Below are positions 1-11,850 of a DNA stretch of 64,000 bases, piece by piece. Each line of letters begins with the position of its first letter. The first letter of the stretch is position 1. Position numbers and translations under genes: made by a program. Source of the stretch: the human T2T-CHM13v2.0 reference genome, Homo sapiens; assembly GCF_009914755.1 (NCBI RefSeq), contig NC_060927.1; one strand, 5' to 3'. The notes beneath the pieces are model-generated. The model saw only the letters and a list, made by a program, of their open reading frames with translations, did no database searches and was not told where the DNA came from.

Positions 1-560
1 CCTCCATCCACTCATCCATCCATCCAAACATCCATCCACTCCTCCACCCATCCAGCCACCTATCCATCCAACTATCCCTTCATCCACCCATCCATCTCCC
101 CTCCACCTCCCATCCATCCCTCAATCCACTCATCCATCACTCTACCCACCCATCCATCCTTCCATCCAACCATCCATCCATGCCTCCACCCATCCATCCA
201 ACTATCCCTTCATCCACTCATCGATCCCCCCATTCATCCCCCATCCCCCATCCATCCAGCCATCCATCCCTCAATCCACTTATCCATCACTCCACCCACC
301 CATCCATCCCGCCATCCATTCATCTATTCCTCCTTTCATCTACTCATCCATCTTTCCATCCACCCATCCATCCCCCATCCCCCCATCTGCCCATCCATCA
401 CTCCTCCCACCCATCTATCTCTCCATCCGGTCAACCATTCCTCCATCCACCCATCTAGCTCTCCATCCATCCACTCATCAATCCCTCCATCCACCTATCC
501 ATCCCTCCATCCACCCATCCACCCCTCCATCCACCCATCCACCCCTCCATCCACCCATCT
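1..560. repeat. Degenerate (CCAT/TCCA)n simple repeat
   Basis: catccatccacccatcc motifs throughout, almost no G on + strand; 20-bp period at ~484-560; explains the His/Pro/Ser ORF 180-458. Confidence 0.95.
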
Positions 561-678
561 TATGTATGTATAGGACAAAACATCATGTATATAGGGTGTG
601 GCACTAACAGAGATTTCAGGCATCTACTAGGGGTTGAAACACATCCCCCTTGGATAAGGTGGGGTGGGGGGCGCTGTA
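561..678. mobile_element. MER2-like (TcMar-Tigger) terminal fragment
   Basis: tatatagggtgtggcacta...tttcaggcatctactagggg...atcccccttggataagg...ctgta resembles the MER2 end. Confidence 0.75.
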
Positions 679-1165
679 CAGATACTTCACAAAAGAGGAA
701 AGTCTAATGGCTGGGAGACCCATGACAAGACGCTCTACATCCTTAATCATTAGGAAAATGCAAAAGAACACCACAATGAGACACCACGATATGCCCATCA
801 GAGTGGCTAAAATTAACAAGACTGAAAACACCAAATGAATGTAGTTGATATGTTCATCTCCATAGGCACATATGACCGTAAAAACTCATGAGTTTGCAGC
901 TAAGATGTGTGCCCTTTGTTACACATGAGCTATGCCTTAATTAAAATTTTGCAAATCATTAGCAAAACTTTTTAAAAATCGTATGCATTATATAACAAAG
1001 CAAACCAGAACAGAGCCAGGGCAGGATGAATGTAAGATGGACAGCAGTCACCTGTGGGAAAGGAGGCAGGTGGGATGGTGAGGGCACATGGGGAGACGCA
1101 GCTTACAGACACTAAGCTGGTGAGTGCACATCTTGGTATTTATTTGTGTATTGCTATCATAAATA
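679..1165 (+). mobile_element. Old L1M fragments (ORF2 C-terminus and 3' UTR)
   Basis: agatacttcacaaaagagga...atcattaggaaaatgcaa...accacaatgagacaccac; ORF 650-838 resembles the L1 ORF2 tail. Confidence 0.85.
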
Positions 1166-2209
1166 AACGGGGCCAGGCATGGACCAATGATGGGAGGGAG
1201 GCATGAACCAAGAGTTATGATGGCTGCATTCCGTGTACCTGAGGTCCTGGGTGGGTGAGTAGGAGGGAGAAGGTGGGCCCCGAAGCAGCCTCAGGTCAGG
1301 GCCAGTCACAACCTGATCCCCAGCTCCCGGCACCTCCCGCCTCCTGGTTAGCCACACCTGGACTGGTCATTTCCCATCTCTAGCATATTAGCCAGGACAG
1401 CATCTGAGCTTCGTAGACCTGGGCAGGGCTGTTGGGAGTTGCTGGCCCTGACAATTTCTACTACTGCATCGTGGGACCACCCAACTTGTGCCCTCACCAC
1501 CCACCTATCCTTGTCACCTGATGTCTAACAAGCGTCTCTGGCTGAACACACCCAGACCAAGCTCTTGACCCTGACCTTCCCCACCTCCGCTCAAACCTTC
1601 CCACCAGATTCCTCCTGGCTTGTTTCCCTCCCACAACATCCAGCCATGTCGGCAGGTCCTAACAGCTTCCGCTCCAACACCCATCGCCAATCTGCCTACT
1701 TCTCCCCCTCCACGGCCACCTCCCTGACCCAAGCCCCGTCTTCTCTGCCAGGTCCCTGGGACGGCTTCCCTCTGGCCACCCCCAGACCCCCTGCTGCCAT
1801 TCTAACTCTCCCCATGACACAACCCGCCAGAGCACTCTGGCAATGTCACCACCCACTGCCAACGTGCCAGTGGGTTCCCTTCGTACTCCACGCCAGTTCC
1901 CATTCGCAGCCCAGTCAAGAGGATTTGGCATCATCTGGGTCTGTCTCCTGCCCCAGCCTCTGCCCTGGCCTCCCTGAGGCTCCTCACTTGTCCCCACCCC
2001 AGAGCCTCTGCACCCAGGGCTCCTTCGCCCCTCAGATTCCTGCAGGGGCTTATCCCTGCCATCAGCCGGCCACGCCATCGCCAGCTCTCCCGGGAGGCTC
2101 TCTCTCACCATCGCATCTAAACCAACCATCCCTGCCACCCGGCCACGTGGTCCGGCCAGCCTTGTGTGGTCCCCATACACTGACCAGCCTTCCCTCCTGC
2201 CTTTGTGCT

Positions 2210-2345
2210 GACTTGTTTACTCCATTTATCTCTCCTCACTGCAACATCAGCTCCAAGAGAGAGCACAGCTTTGTCACTACAGAACCCCCAGCATGGCACA
2301 TAGCAGTTGCTCAACAAATGCATCTTGAATGAACGAATAAATCAC
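2210..2345 (+). mobile_element. L2 3' end
   Basis: ggcacatagcagttgctcaacaaatgcatcttgaatgaacgaa. Confidence 0.7.
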
Positions 2346-5300
2346 TGTATGTTTCTATCACAGACATCTTTCTATGATTCATTAAACAATGAGTTTCCCA
2401 AATAATTCAACTTAAAAATTTGTAAGTAGATAGTGACTCAGAACATGGCAAGACTTGGGTGGGTGGGTGGCCAGACAGATGGAGCAAAACAATGAGCGAC
2501 AAGACACTGCACGGCCACTAGATCTGGAGCAGCCACTTGGGGCTTAACTGAGCAGGGCAGGCTGGAGAATGCCTTGGGAGACACATCCTCTCCAAATACC
2601 TTCCCTAGAACACAGCCTTTGGTGCCTCCCACTCTACAGAGAAAAGGAGCTACTCCAAAGGGCACACAGGGCCCTTCCGGATCAGGCCACCAGCGTCTTC
2701 TCCAGCCCCAGATCCCAGAACTGCTCTAAGAGCCTTAGCTCATTGGCCACGTCTCCATGCCTCTGCAAAGGCTGTGCCTCCTTCCGTCCCTCGTCCACCT
2801 GGTGAACTCCTGTTCACCTGTAACAACCCAGGCTCGGGAACCCACCCAGGGACACCTCCTTTTATCTCCCCAGAGCCCAAGCCCCTCAAACCCACATCTG
2901 CCTTGGTCCCCGATCCCAGCATTCTTGATGGATTCATTTGCATGTCTGTTCCCCAGATGAGCTCTGGCCTGACCCATAGCCAGGTCTGGCTCAATGGTTT
3001 TGAGGGAGGGAACGAATGAGCAGTTTCAGGAGTGAAGTGGTGCCAAGCTCTGCCCACAGTCAGCCAGTCTGCTGATTCGAGAGGAGCCCCCAACTCCGAC
3101 CCCCTTCATGTTCCAGCCATGTTCCCTCCCCAGGCTGCCCGCACTCACTCCACCCTGGAGGATGAGCTCGCAGCATGCACCCCTGCGTGCTCACTGCCCT
3201 GCCGTGGAGTGCCTGGGGGTTGCCCCGGGATGGGGAGGCCACGTCTGAAGTCAGGGGTCAGCCCTGACCAGGGGCCAGTTCAAAGTCAGTGGGGTGGGCA
3301 AGAGTCACACCAAGACCAACACCCCAAGGAAGCAGTGTGTGAACCAGCAGCACCTTCCGGGCTCAGAGCAAGTGACTCAGACCACCGACTGTCCTGGCTG
3401 CCTGGACTGCGGTGCCACTTGTCATCACAGGGATGGCTGTTGTCCCTTTGGCTGAGCCCAGGCGAGGCAGCCAGTTTATATTCAGGGGCAGGGACACATG
3501 TGGGCAGACACTGGACTCACATTTGGCAGGCAAGAGGCATGCAGCCCACAAAGCCCCAAGAAACTAAACCCTCCCATTCCCAATTCAGGTACAAAGAGAG
3601 ATGGAGGCAAATGGTGTCCACTAGTCCAGTTGCACTTGCTTGCTCTATCTCCATCTCTCTCCCTCCCTCTCCAATACGGTAAATTAGCATAGATTAAATG
3701 TGCCTGGCCTGCAATTCCCTGTAATGTATTCCTTTCCCAGGGCCCAGCTAAACCAATAGCCAATATTTGCTGCACAGCTGCAGAATCATTCCCCAAGGCC
3801 TCCATGCATGCCAGCTTCCTCGCGCAGGCTGTGCTGGGGCCTCCTTCCAGACCAGTGCAGCTTGGGCAATTCAAGGGAAGCATCGGCTCTCACAGCCCAG
3901 CACCCCCATGCCCTCCCTGCCCTCCCATGTGCCTGGGGCTAGGCTCTCCCTGCAGCACACCCCTGCCTCCGTGCCCTCTCGGACCACACTGAAGGTCTCT
4001 AGTTGGCCTGCACTTCGGATTTTTAATACCAGCTGCCTATGCTGGGGGGCTCTCCAACTCTTAAGTCCACAGCTCCTTCCTCCCGAGAGCCTGAGCGTGA
4101 ATAATCCACTGCATCCCAGGGAGGATGGGCCAGTTCTGGATGCTGCTGTGCGTGCTCCCTTGGGAATTCTTTTGCACTTTCCAAGAGCACCGCAGCAGCC
4201 CAACACCCAGCACTGGGGCTGAGTCCCTCACATGCTCCCAGGGCTCCAGCCCCACCATCCTCCAACCTTTCCCATTGCTATGCAGTGGGGGCATTACCCA
4301 CACATCCCTTATTTTCCTGCAGTGGGAGGCTCAGGAGTCTCAGCCCAGCAATGTCATAGGCTCACTGTGTGACCTTGAGCAGGTCACTGCACTCTTCTGA
4401 GCCTCTGAGTCCCAGTCCTCAGCCTCTGAGTCCCGGTTCTCAGCCCAGGGAGTTAGTGGGGAGGCAGCCCAGCCTGGTGAATGAACATCAACCTCGGACA
4501 CAAACGCACCAGGATTTTAATCCTGGCTTCATCAAATGCCACTTATGTGGCTTGGGCTGTGTGGCCTGGCTGTGGTATCCCCCAGGCTGGGGGGACCCAG
4601 TGAGGTAGAATGAACGCCAAGTGCCCGGGACAGGGTAGGTCGTGCCCTTATCCTCGGGTGCCCTCCCAGGGCTCCAGTTCGGCTTCTCATCTAGCCCCGC
4701 ACACTCATTGCAGGAGAATGTTTCACGCAGCTGGCAGGGGTTGCACCTCCCTGGGCTGCCCAGGGAAGGGAACCGCAATCTCCAAGCCCCCACTGCCACC
4801 TCCACTGCAGAGGCACCAGCTGCCAGGCCACCCGCCCCTCCCCTGGGATAATTGCCTGTAGTGCTCAGAAGGAGGGGGTTGATGCGTGTCCATGCGGCTT
4901 AACCCCAGGAGCTCCAGCAACTACTCTAGATTATCCCAATCTACGCAGATAAAGCCAGGCCCGTGGAAACTGCAGGCAGACACATGCCACAGCCACTGGA
5001 GTCCACTAACAGCCGGGGCTCCTCCGCTCTGAGTTTTCCTAAGAAGGAGAGTGTCTCGGGGGCCGAACTCCACAGAGCTGAGTGGGCTTCAGGCAGCCTC
5101 AGGAGTCATGTGTTTCTCCCTGTGCCCACCCTGATGGGGACACTCCTAGGGGAGAAGGGGAAGGAGGCAGGCCCTGAGGCCTTGTAAACAAACGCCATCC
5201 ACATGGAGGGCACGGCCCACTGTGGACTGAAAGGAACATGGCCAGTCAATGACTCCGGGAGGCCGAGTGGGAGGCGAGGAGGCTGTGACTCTATAAACAC

Positions 5301-5349
5301 AGCAGCACAGACCCCAGATGCCTCCCTCTGGAAAGATCATCCTGTACTA

Positions 5350-5480
5350 TCACTTGAGAGAGACAAGAGTCTGCTAGAAGGTAGAGACCTTGTATGCTGT
5401 TCCCTGATGCATCCTCTGGCTAGCAGTGCCTGACACACAGTAGGTGTGCAGTAAAGGTGTGTCGGATGACTGAGTGATCT
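5350..5480 (+). mobile_element. L2 3' end
   Basis: cagtgcctgacacacagtaggtgtgcagtaaa. Confidence 0.65.
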
Positions 5481-6339
5481 CCACCCTCATGGAGCTCGCA
5501 GTCTGTGTGGACAAGACACAGGGCAGGAGAACAGTGTAAGCACAGCCTGAAGAAATGAGGATCCAGCCTCTGCTTTCACACCTGTGATGACGGGGGTCTC
5601 ACCACCTCCTCGACAGCAATGAACATGAAAGGCCTTCTTGGCAGCGAGCTCTTCATCCTGTTGCTCCTGAACCCAGGACTTCTAATAGCGTGCCCATGAA
5701 ATTTACTGAATTAGGAAGGGAGGGAGGAAATATTCCTGCCTGAGGTCTCTGTTTTCTGGGCCCCCACGGGCCCCCTCTGCCCCCTGCCCCAGGTCACCTT
5801 ACAAACAAAGACCCCAACTCAGGGTCTCGGCTCTTCAGGCATCCACCCCCAAGTCCCCTTTTGGGAGCAGTGTCTTCAGCCACCTCCCTGGACGCCCTTC
5901 CCCTAGTAGGAGCCCACAGGGCCAGCAGGAGAGTCACCATCCTTGCCTCTCCATGGCCCCAAAAGAAAGTCTGATCCCCTCAGCCTATCCCTGAAGGCCA
6001 GGCCAGGACCCACGAACTGGCACCACCCCAGCCCTGCTCAGCCACCACGTTTCCCAAATCTAGGTGCCCAGCCTCCAGGCCTTTGCCCTGGAACTTCCCT
6101 CTTCCTGGAAGGCCCTCTCTCCCTGCCCCCATCCTGGCAGATGAAATCCCTAAAAGCCCACGGCAAATGCCGCACCCTCCATGCAGCCCTCGCCCACCCT
6201 CGCAGGCACAGTCCCTCCACGCTGGTTTCGTGTCCACAGAACCTTTCCGTGGCCAGAGGACCCGAAACCCCCACGGCCCTGTGTTTTTGAGCCCCTGTGG
6301 GCTCTGGCGCGTGTCGGTGCCCAGCCTCTGTGAGAGGCC

Positions 6340-6510
6340 CTAGCGGTGGCTCAGCAGCTCTGGAGTCAGGCAGTCCAGAGTCTGAATGCCACCTCTGTCC
6401 CATTGTGTGCTGTGCCTCTGAGGGGCAGGTTTCTTAACCTCTCTGAGCCTCAGTTTTCTCAGCTGTAAAGTGGAGCTAATCGTACCTTCCCACCAAGGTT
6501 GTTGTGCTAT
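6340..6510 (+). mobile_element. MIR
   Basis: ttaacctctctgagcctcagttttctcagctgtaaagtgg MIR core. Confidence 0.8.
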
Positions 6511-6514
6511 CAGC

Positions 6515-7890
6515 TCTCTATTCTCTCTGCCTCCTCTGCCCCAGCCCCTGCAACCACTCACTAATCTGCTTTCTGTCTCTACAGTTTTCTCTATTCTGGA
6601 CATTTCATATAAATGGAATTGTATAATATGTGGACTTTTGTGAATGGCTTCTTGCACCTAGCATGTTTTTAGGGCTCACCCATGTTGTAGCATGTATCAG
6701 GACTTCATTCTTTACACAGCTGAATAATATTCCACTGTGTGGAGAGACCACAGTGTGTTCATTCATCAACTGACGGACATTTGTGTTGTTTCCACTTTCT
6801 GGTTATTATGAATAATGCTGTTACAAACATTTAAGGATGAATTCTGTAGGTTTTCATCTCTCCTGGGTAGAGGCCCTGGAGTGGAATTGCCGGGTCACAG
6901 GGTAACACATGTCTAACTGCTCAAGGTGCTGCCGGACTGTCTTCCAAAGCAGTTACAGCATTTCACATTCTCACCCACAATGCATGAGGGCTCGTTTCTC
7001 CACGTCCTCATCTCCTCATCAACACTTGTCATTGTCTGACTTTTTGAGTAGAGCCATCCTGGTGGTGGTAGCGGCACCTCCTTGTGGTTTTGATTTGCCT
7101 TTCCTTGGTGGCTAATGATGGCAAGCATCTTCTCACATGTGTACTGGTCACTGGTGTATCTTGTCTGGACACATGTCTATTCCAGTCCTTGGCCCATTTT
7201 AAAATCAGGTGATTTTTGTCATTGCTTTGACTGCTTTTTAGTTGAGTTGTCTTTTTGTTATTGAGTTATAAGAGCTCTTTATACATTCTAGGTTCAAGTC
7301 TCTTATCAAATATATGATTTGCAAATATTTTCTTCCTTTCTGTAGTTGTCTTTTCACTTTCTGGATAATATTCTTTGAAGCATAAACGTTTTTAACTTTG
7401 ATGGGGTCCAATTTATCTACTTCTTTTGTTGCTCATGCTTTTCATGTCATGTCTAAGAATCCTTTGCCAAACCCAAGGCCATGAAGATTTACTCCTAAGT
7501 TTTCTTGTATTTTATCATTTTTAGTTCTGACATTTAGTTACATTTTGAGTTAATTTTTTGTTTATGGCCTGAAGCAAGAGTCCAGATTCATTCTTTTAAA
7601 AGTGGATATCTAATTGTGCCAGCAGCATTTGTTGAGGAGGCTGTTCTTTCCCCACTGAGCCATCTTGGCCCCCTGTGTATGGGTTGATTTCTGGATTCCC
7701 AATTTTATTCCATCCATCTAGATGTCCTTCCTGTTTCGGTACCATATAGTATTGATGATGACTGTTGGTTTATAGTAACTTGGACATCGGGAGTTGTGGG
7801 ATCCCCTACTTTGTTCTTTTTCAGGACCATTTTGGCTACCCTGGGCTCCTTGAGCTTCTCTGTGAATTATGGAATCAGCTCATCACCCAC
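6515..7890 (-). mobile_element. L1MB/MC-type LINE, ~1.4 kb 3' portion
   Basis: AT-rich antisense L1 text (attctggacatttcatataaatggaat, tgatttgcaaatattttct); ORF 6340-6657 contains IQFHLYEMSRIEKTVETESRLV, typical L1 3' UTR read-through. Confidence 0.92.
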
Positions 7891-8070
7891 GTTCTTGGAA
7901 CCTGAAGGCAGGATTTTATCCACGGCTCCTTCAACTTTATGTCCTTCACTTTGAGCCATGTTTTTAGTCATGAAAGATCATATTACACCTGCTGAAATCC
8001 AAACAATCCACACATTTAGTAATTACCAGACTGCAAGCTAAGCAATTACCACCACATGACCGGGCCAGTG

Positions 8071-8107
8071 TGAGTGGGTCCCAGGGATATGAGTGGGTCC
8101 CAGGGAT
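8071..8107. repeat. 19-bp tandem duplication
   Basis: tgagtgggtcccagggat(a) x2. Confidence 0.9.
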
Positions 8108-10419
8108 GGGATTGGGAACATCAAGGTAGAAAAGATGCTGCACATGGCTGCAAGGAAAGGAAATAAGTGCCTAGGCCATCTCAGGAATGGCCATCACCTG
8201 CCCACCTGCCTGGCACCAAAACCAGGGGCCAGGCACCATCCTGGGCTCGTATCCACAGCCAGTTAGCCACTGAGCCTCACTGATTCTGCCGCCCAGAAGT
8301 CCCATCTAGGGCCCTCTCCCAACCCCAACCTGGACCCATCGCTCTCCCCCGGGCTCTTCCTGGTCCCTCCCCGCCACCCGGCTCCTTCCTCTGATAGGCC
8401 TGTCCCCTGTGTCCCTGTCCACTGTGCTCTGTCCACACGGCCCAGCCCCTCCTGGCCTTTGCTATACTGGTCTCTCTGCTCCAGTGTCATTCTCCCCTCC
8501 TGCCAAAGGGTCCCAACCCTTAACGCGACGAACCCCTCTCTTACCCTTCTAGTCGCACTGCAGGGGCTTCTAAGCCTTTGAGAGCCAACCTGCCCTGGCC
8601 GGGTGAGACTAACCCTGTCTGAGTCATTAACATCAGCCTTCTGCAGAGGACCCGGAACACCACATCTGCTGCTCCCAACACCCTTGTCCAGGAGCTGCCC
8701 AGGCCGACTCCTCACCCCGTCCCACAGCCAGCACAGGCAGGCACACGGCAGGGCTGCAGCAAGCTCGAGCCAGAACTCTGGCCGTGGCCCCCTGCCTTGA
8801 ATCTGGGACATGTCCCTCCTCGTAGCCCTCCTTCCTCCAAGAAACAAATGGGAAACTCCCTTTCATGGCCTCCATTGCACGTGGGTGCAGCCTGGGGCCT
8901 CTCACTGCCAGGTGGACGAACCAGGGCAGGAATCCTAGCAGAAGCCTGTGAGGTGAGGAGGGGGCACCTCCAGGAATCCACCCTGGCAAGAGCAGGGCCA
9001 CGGTGCCATCAAGGGGCCACTGTGGCACACGAGCTGGTGTCCGGTGGAGCACGGTCTCCAGGGAGCGGTGTTGAGGTCTCAGCTGGGCACCATGCCTGAC
9101 CATGCAGCTGGTTTTCTGACCTTCCAGATGGTGTGCGGCACCTGGCATTCTGGAACTTCTCTTTCTGTGTAAAGAGCAAGAGCAGGTCCCAGTGTTTGCA
9201 GCTGAGCGCCAGGACCGACGTCGGGCTCTGCTGAGCACTAGCCGAATGAACAGGCACCCGAGTGAACGGATGAGTGGAATTTACTGCACCCATAAGTAGA
9301 ATCTTGAGCCCTGTGCCTGACCTAGACTAGGCCCTCAGACATGGTTCAGGGCTGGCAGGATGAGTAAGTGCCTACTGAATGCAAAGGCTGCAGAGGCGAG
9401 AGGCAGGTGGTGGGGATGCAGCTCCTTGTGCACCATCTGGCAAGGGAAGAGAAGGTGACTCTTTACCACCAACCCCTCCCCTGTGCCAGGCTCCTGCGGT
9501 ACACAAGACAGGAGCATGGAGGAAAATCAAACCAAGCCTCCGCCAGTGGGATGGAAAAGGTTTCCAAATAAACCAGCGGCCAAGGCTCAGAATGGCTGAC
9601 CAGAGGCCTTGCCCAGAGGACAGAGAAATCCACACGGCTGCCTGATGAAATCGAGAGGACACGCCAACTAGATTAGCACAGATCATCAGCCTACAACCAA
9701 AGTACCTGCTCCAGGAGCACACGGAGCTTTGGCGCCCACCTTCAGGCTCTGGCCATGCCAGACATCATGAAGGGCAGCCTCAGGCTCCCTCAGAAAAGCA
9801 AAGAACAAGAACTGCAAGAGTTTCGTTTAAAATCCATGTTAAGTCTGAACAGCTTCACAATTGCAATTAGCCAGACAGAGCTCTCTGCACATTTGAGAGG
9901 CTTGATAAACGCCTCTTTGGTCCTGGGGCCGAGGGAGGCAAAGTTGCACAGATAATAAAACACCAGGGCATTACCAAATCTTCTCAGCATGGATGACACA
10001 TGGATGTGTTGATGGGGCCCAGAGAAGGCCGACATGGCCACTGCACTCCACCCCTGGCACGGGCTGGGCAGAGAGGCCGGTATGATCAGCAATTCCCACA
10101 TAAGCTCAGAGCCCCTCCACAGTGGCTGATGCCATATAGCTGGGGAGCAGCTGGGCTGAGAGGAGAGCCCGTTTCTCAAACGTCTCCTGTTGAGAAGGGC
10201 CAGGGACCTTCAGGCAGGATCTGCTGTGGAGCTCACAGAACAAGTATCCTCCGAGCCCCAGAGCAGACCAGGCCCGGGGCTTCCAAACCAAATCTCTGTC
10301 TCAGCCCTCACAGCCAAAGTCTGCTTCTCTTAGTGATTCCTAAACATCCAGACACCATGTGCAGGGGATGATGCCCTCAAAGACGGGTAGAGCCACTTCC
10401 TGGGGCTGGGCAGGCCCTC

Positions 10420-10700
10420 CAGAGCTCTGTCCAACACCTATTGGAAATGCCTTTAAGTGGGCGTGTCCTTTGGCCATTCTAGGAATCTATCCAAAGGACA
10501 CAGTCATTGCACAAAGATGCAAAGATTGGCAGTGACCAATTGCTCAACGGTAGGAGGTTGCATATGTAATAACAGCACCCATGCAGTGTGGGAAAATAGG
10601 CAGCCAACAGCGCAGCTGTAGAACAGCATTTCCCAACCAGCATCCCCTACACCAGCAGCCCCATGTGAGCTCCCAGAGGAACACATGGTCAAATATGTTT
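10420..10700 (+). mobile_element. Highly diverged L1ME-type fragment
   Basis: ccattctaggaatctatccaaagga...tgcacaaagatgcaa...catgcagtgtggga. Confidence 0.55.
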
Positions 10701-10829
10701 AGGACTCATTACCAGCAGGGGACAGGGGGCCCTCGGAAGGGGCCACTTGAGCCAGCCACATGAAGGGACGGCTTACAGAGGGCAGGTGAGGGCAGGGAGC
10801 CCCCCAGAGACACACCCAGGGCTAGCAGA

Positions 10830-11100
10830 GCGACGAGCTGTCCACTCCCTGGACCTAAGGGATGAGAGGGAGCAGTCACCTGAACCCAAAGGGATTGCAG
10901 AGGGGAGCTGTGGCTGGGGACAGGGGGACCGCAGGAGGGGCTAGAGAAATGAATATCCCAGCCTCTTTCCATCCTGCCCACTGATCTCCCATCAGTAAAC
11001 CCACCAGAAAGCTGGAGGGTGCGGAAGCCAGTGAGAGAGGGCATCCCTCCAGGGCACAGAGTATGGTGAGCAGTGGACAGTGGGTCCAGACAGACAGATG
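10830..11100. mobile_element. LTR33-like (ERVL) LTR remnant
   Basis: aacccaccagaaagctggagggtgcggaagcc...ccctccagggcacagag resembles LTR33. Confidence 0.55.
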
Positions 11101-11238
11101 GACAGAACACCCGGATGCACTCTCTTCCCCGTGGAGAAACAAAATGCTATTCTATTCATTAGCACATGGAATACACACATTTAACTTCACTTACCCCTGC
11201 CCACTCCAGAACATATGGACGCTTTCTCCCGATGAGTT

Positions 11239-11255
11239 TAGGTCACACTGACCTA
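11239..11255. promoter_or_regulatory. Perfect palindromic estrogen response element (IR3)
   Basis: tAGGTCAcacTGACCTa; exact AGGTCAnnnTGACCT at 11240-11254; motif seen directly, function untested. Confidence 0.7.
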
Positions 11256-11499
11256 GAAGAGTTAATGGCATAGGACACAGCATATCACGACGCAGGCAAG
11301 GTGAACACACTGCAAAACTTAGCTGATGACAGGAGCCCAATGGTGGTGACAAAGGATTTGCCATGGAGAAGAGCCCTGAAGGACATTCTCCCCCATTACA
11401 GATGACAAAAGATGATTTTGATTTTATTCTTAGTGCTTTTAAAAAAAAAATCCAACTGAACAGAGTGAACCTGACTCAGGCTTTTTTGCTTGTTTTGTT

Positions 11500-11850
11500 T
11501 TACAATTCAATGACTTTTGTAACTTTCACTGAATGGTGCAATTACCACCATAATGTTAGATTTACAATGTTTTCTTCTCCCAATGAGATCCCTCATGCAT
11601 TTACATCCAATGCATTCCCTTATCCATCTTCAGCCCCCAGCAATCACTAATCTACTTCTATCTCTATGGGGTTGCCTTTTCAGGACTTCCATATGCCACA
11701 GTCTGGTGGCGGGGCTTCCTCCACTTGGCATTGTGTTTTTGAGGTTTATCCATGACATAGGGTGCACCAGCAGATCGTTCCTTTTCAGGGCTGAGTAGTA
11801 GTCCACTGTGTGGAAGTACCAAGTTTTCTCTCCATTCACACCATTTTTTT
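11500..11850 (-). mobile_element. L1M 3' UTR fragment
   Basis: cagcccccagcaatcactaatctacttctatctctatgggttgccttttcaggacttccat. Confidence 0.85.
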
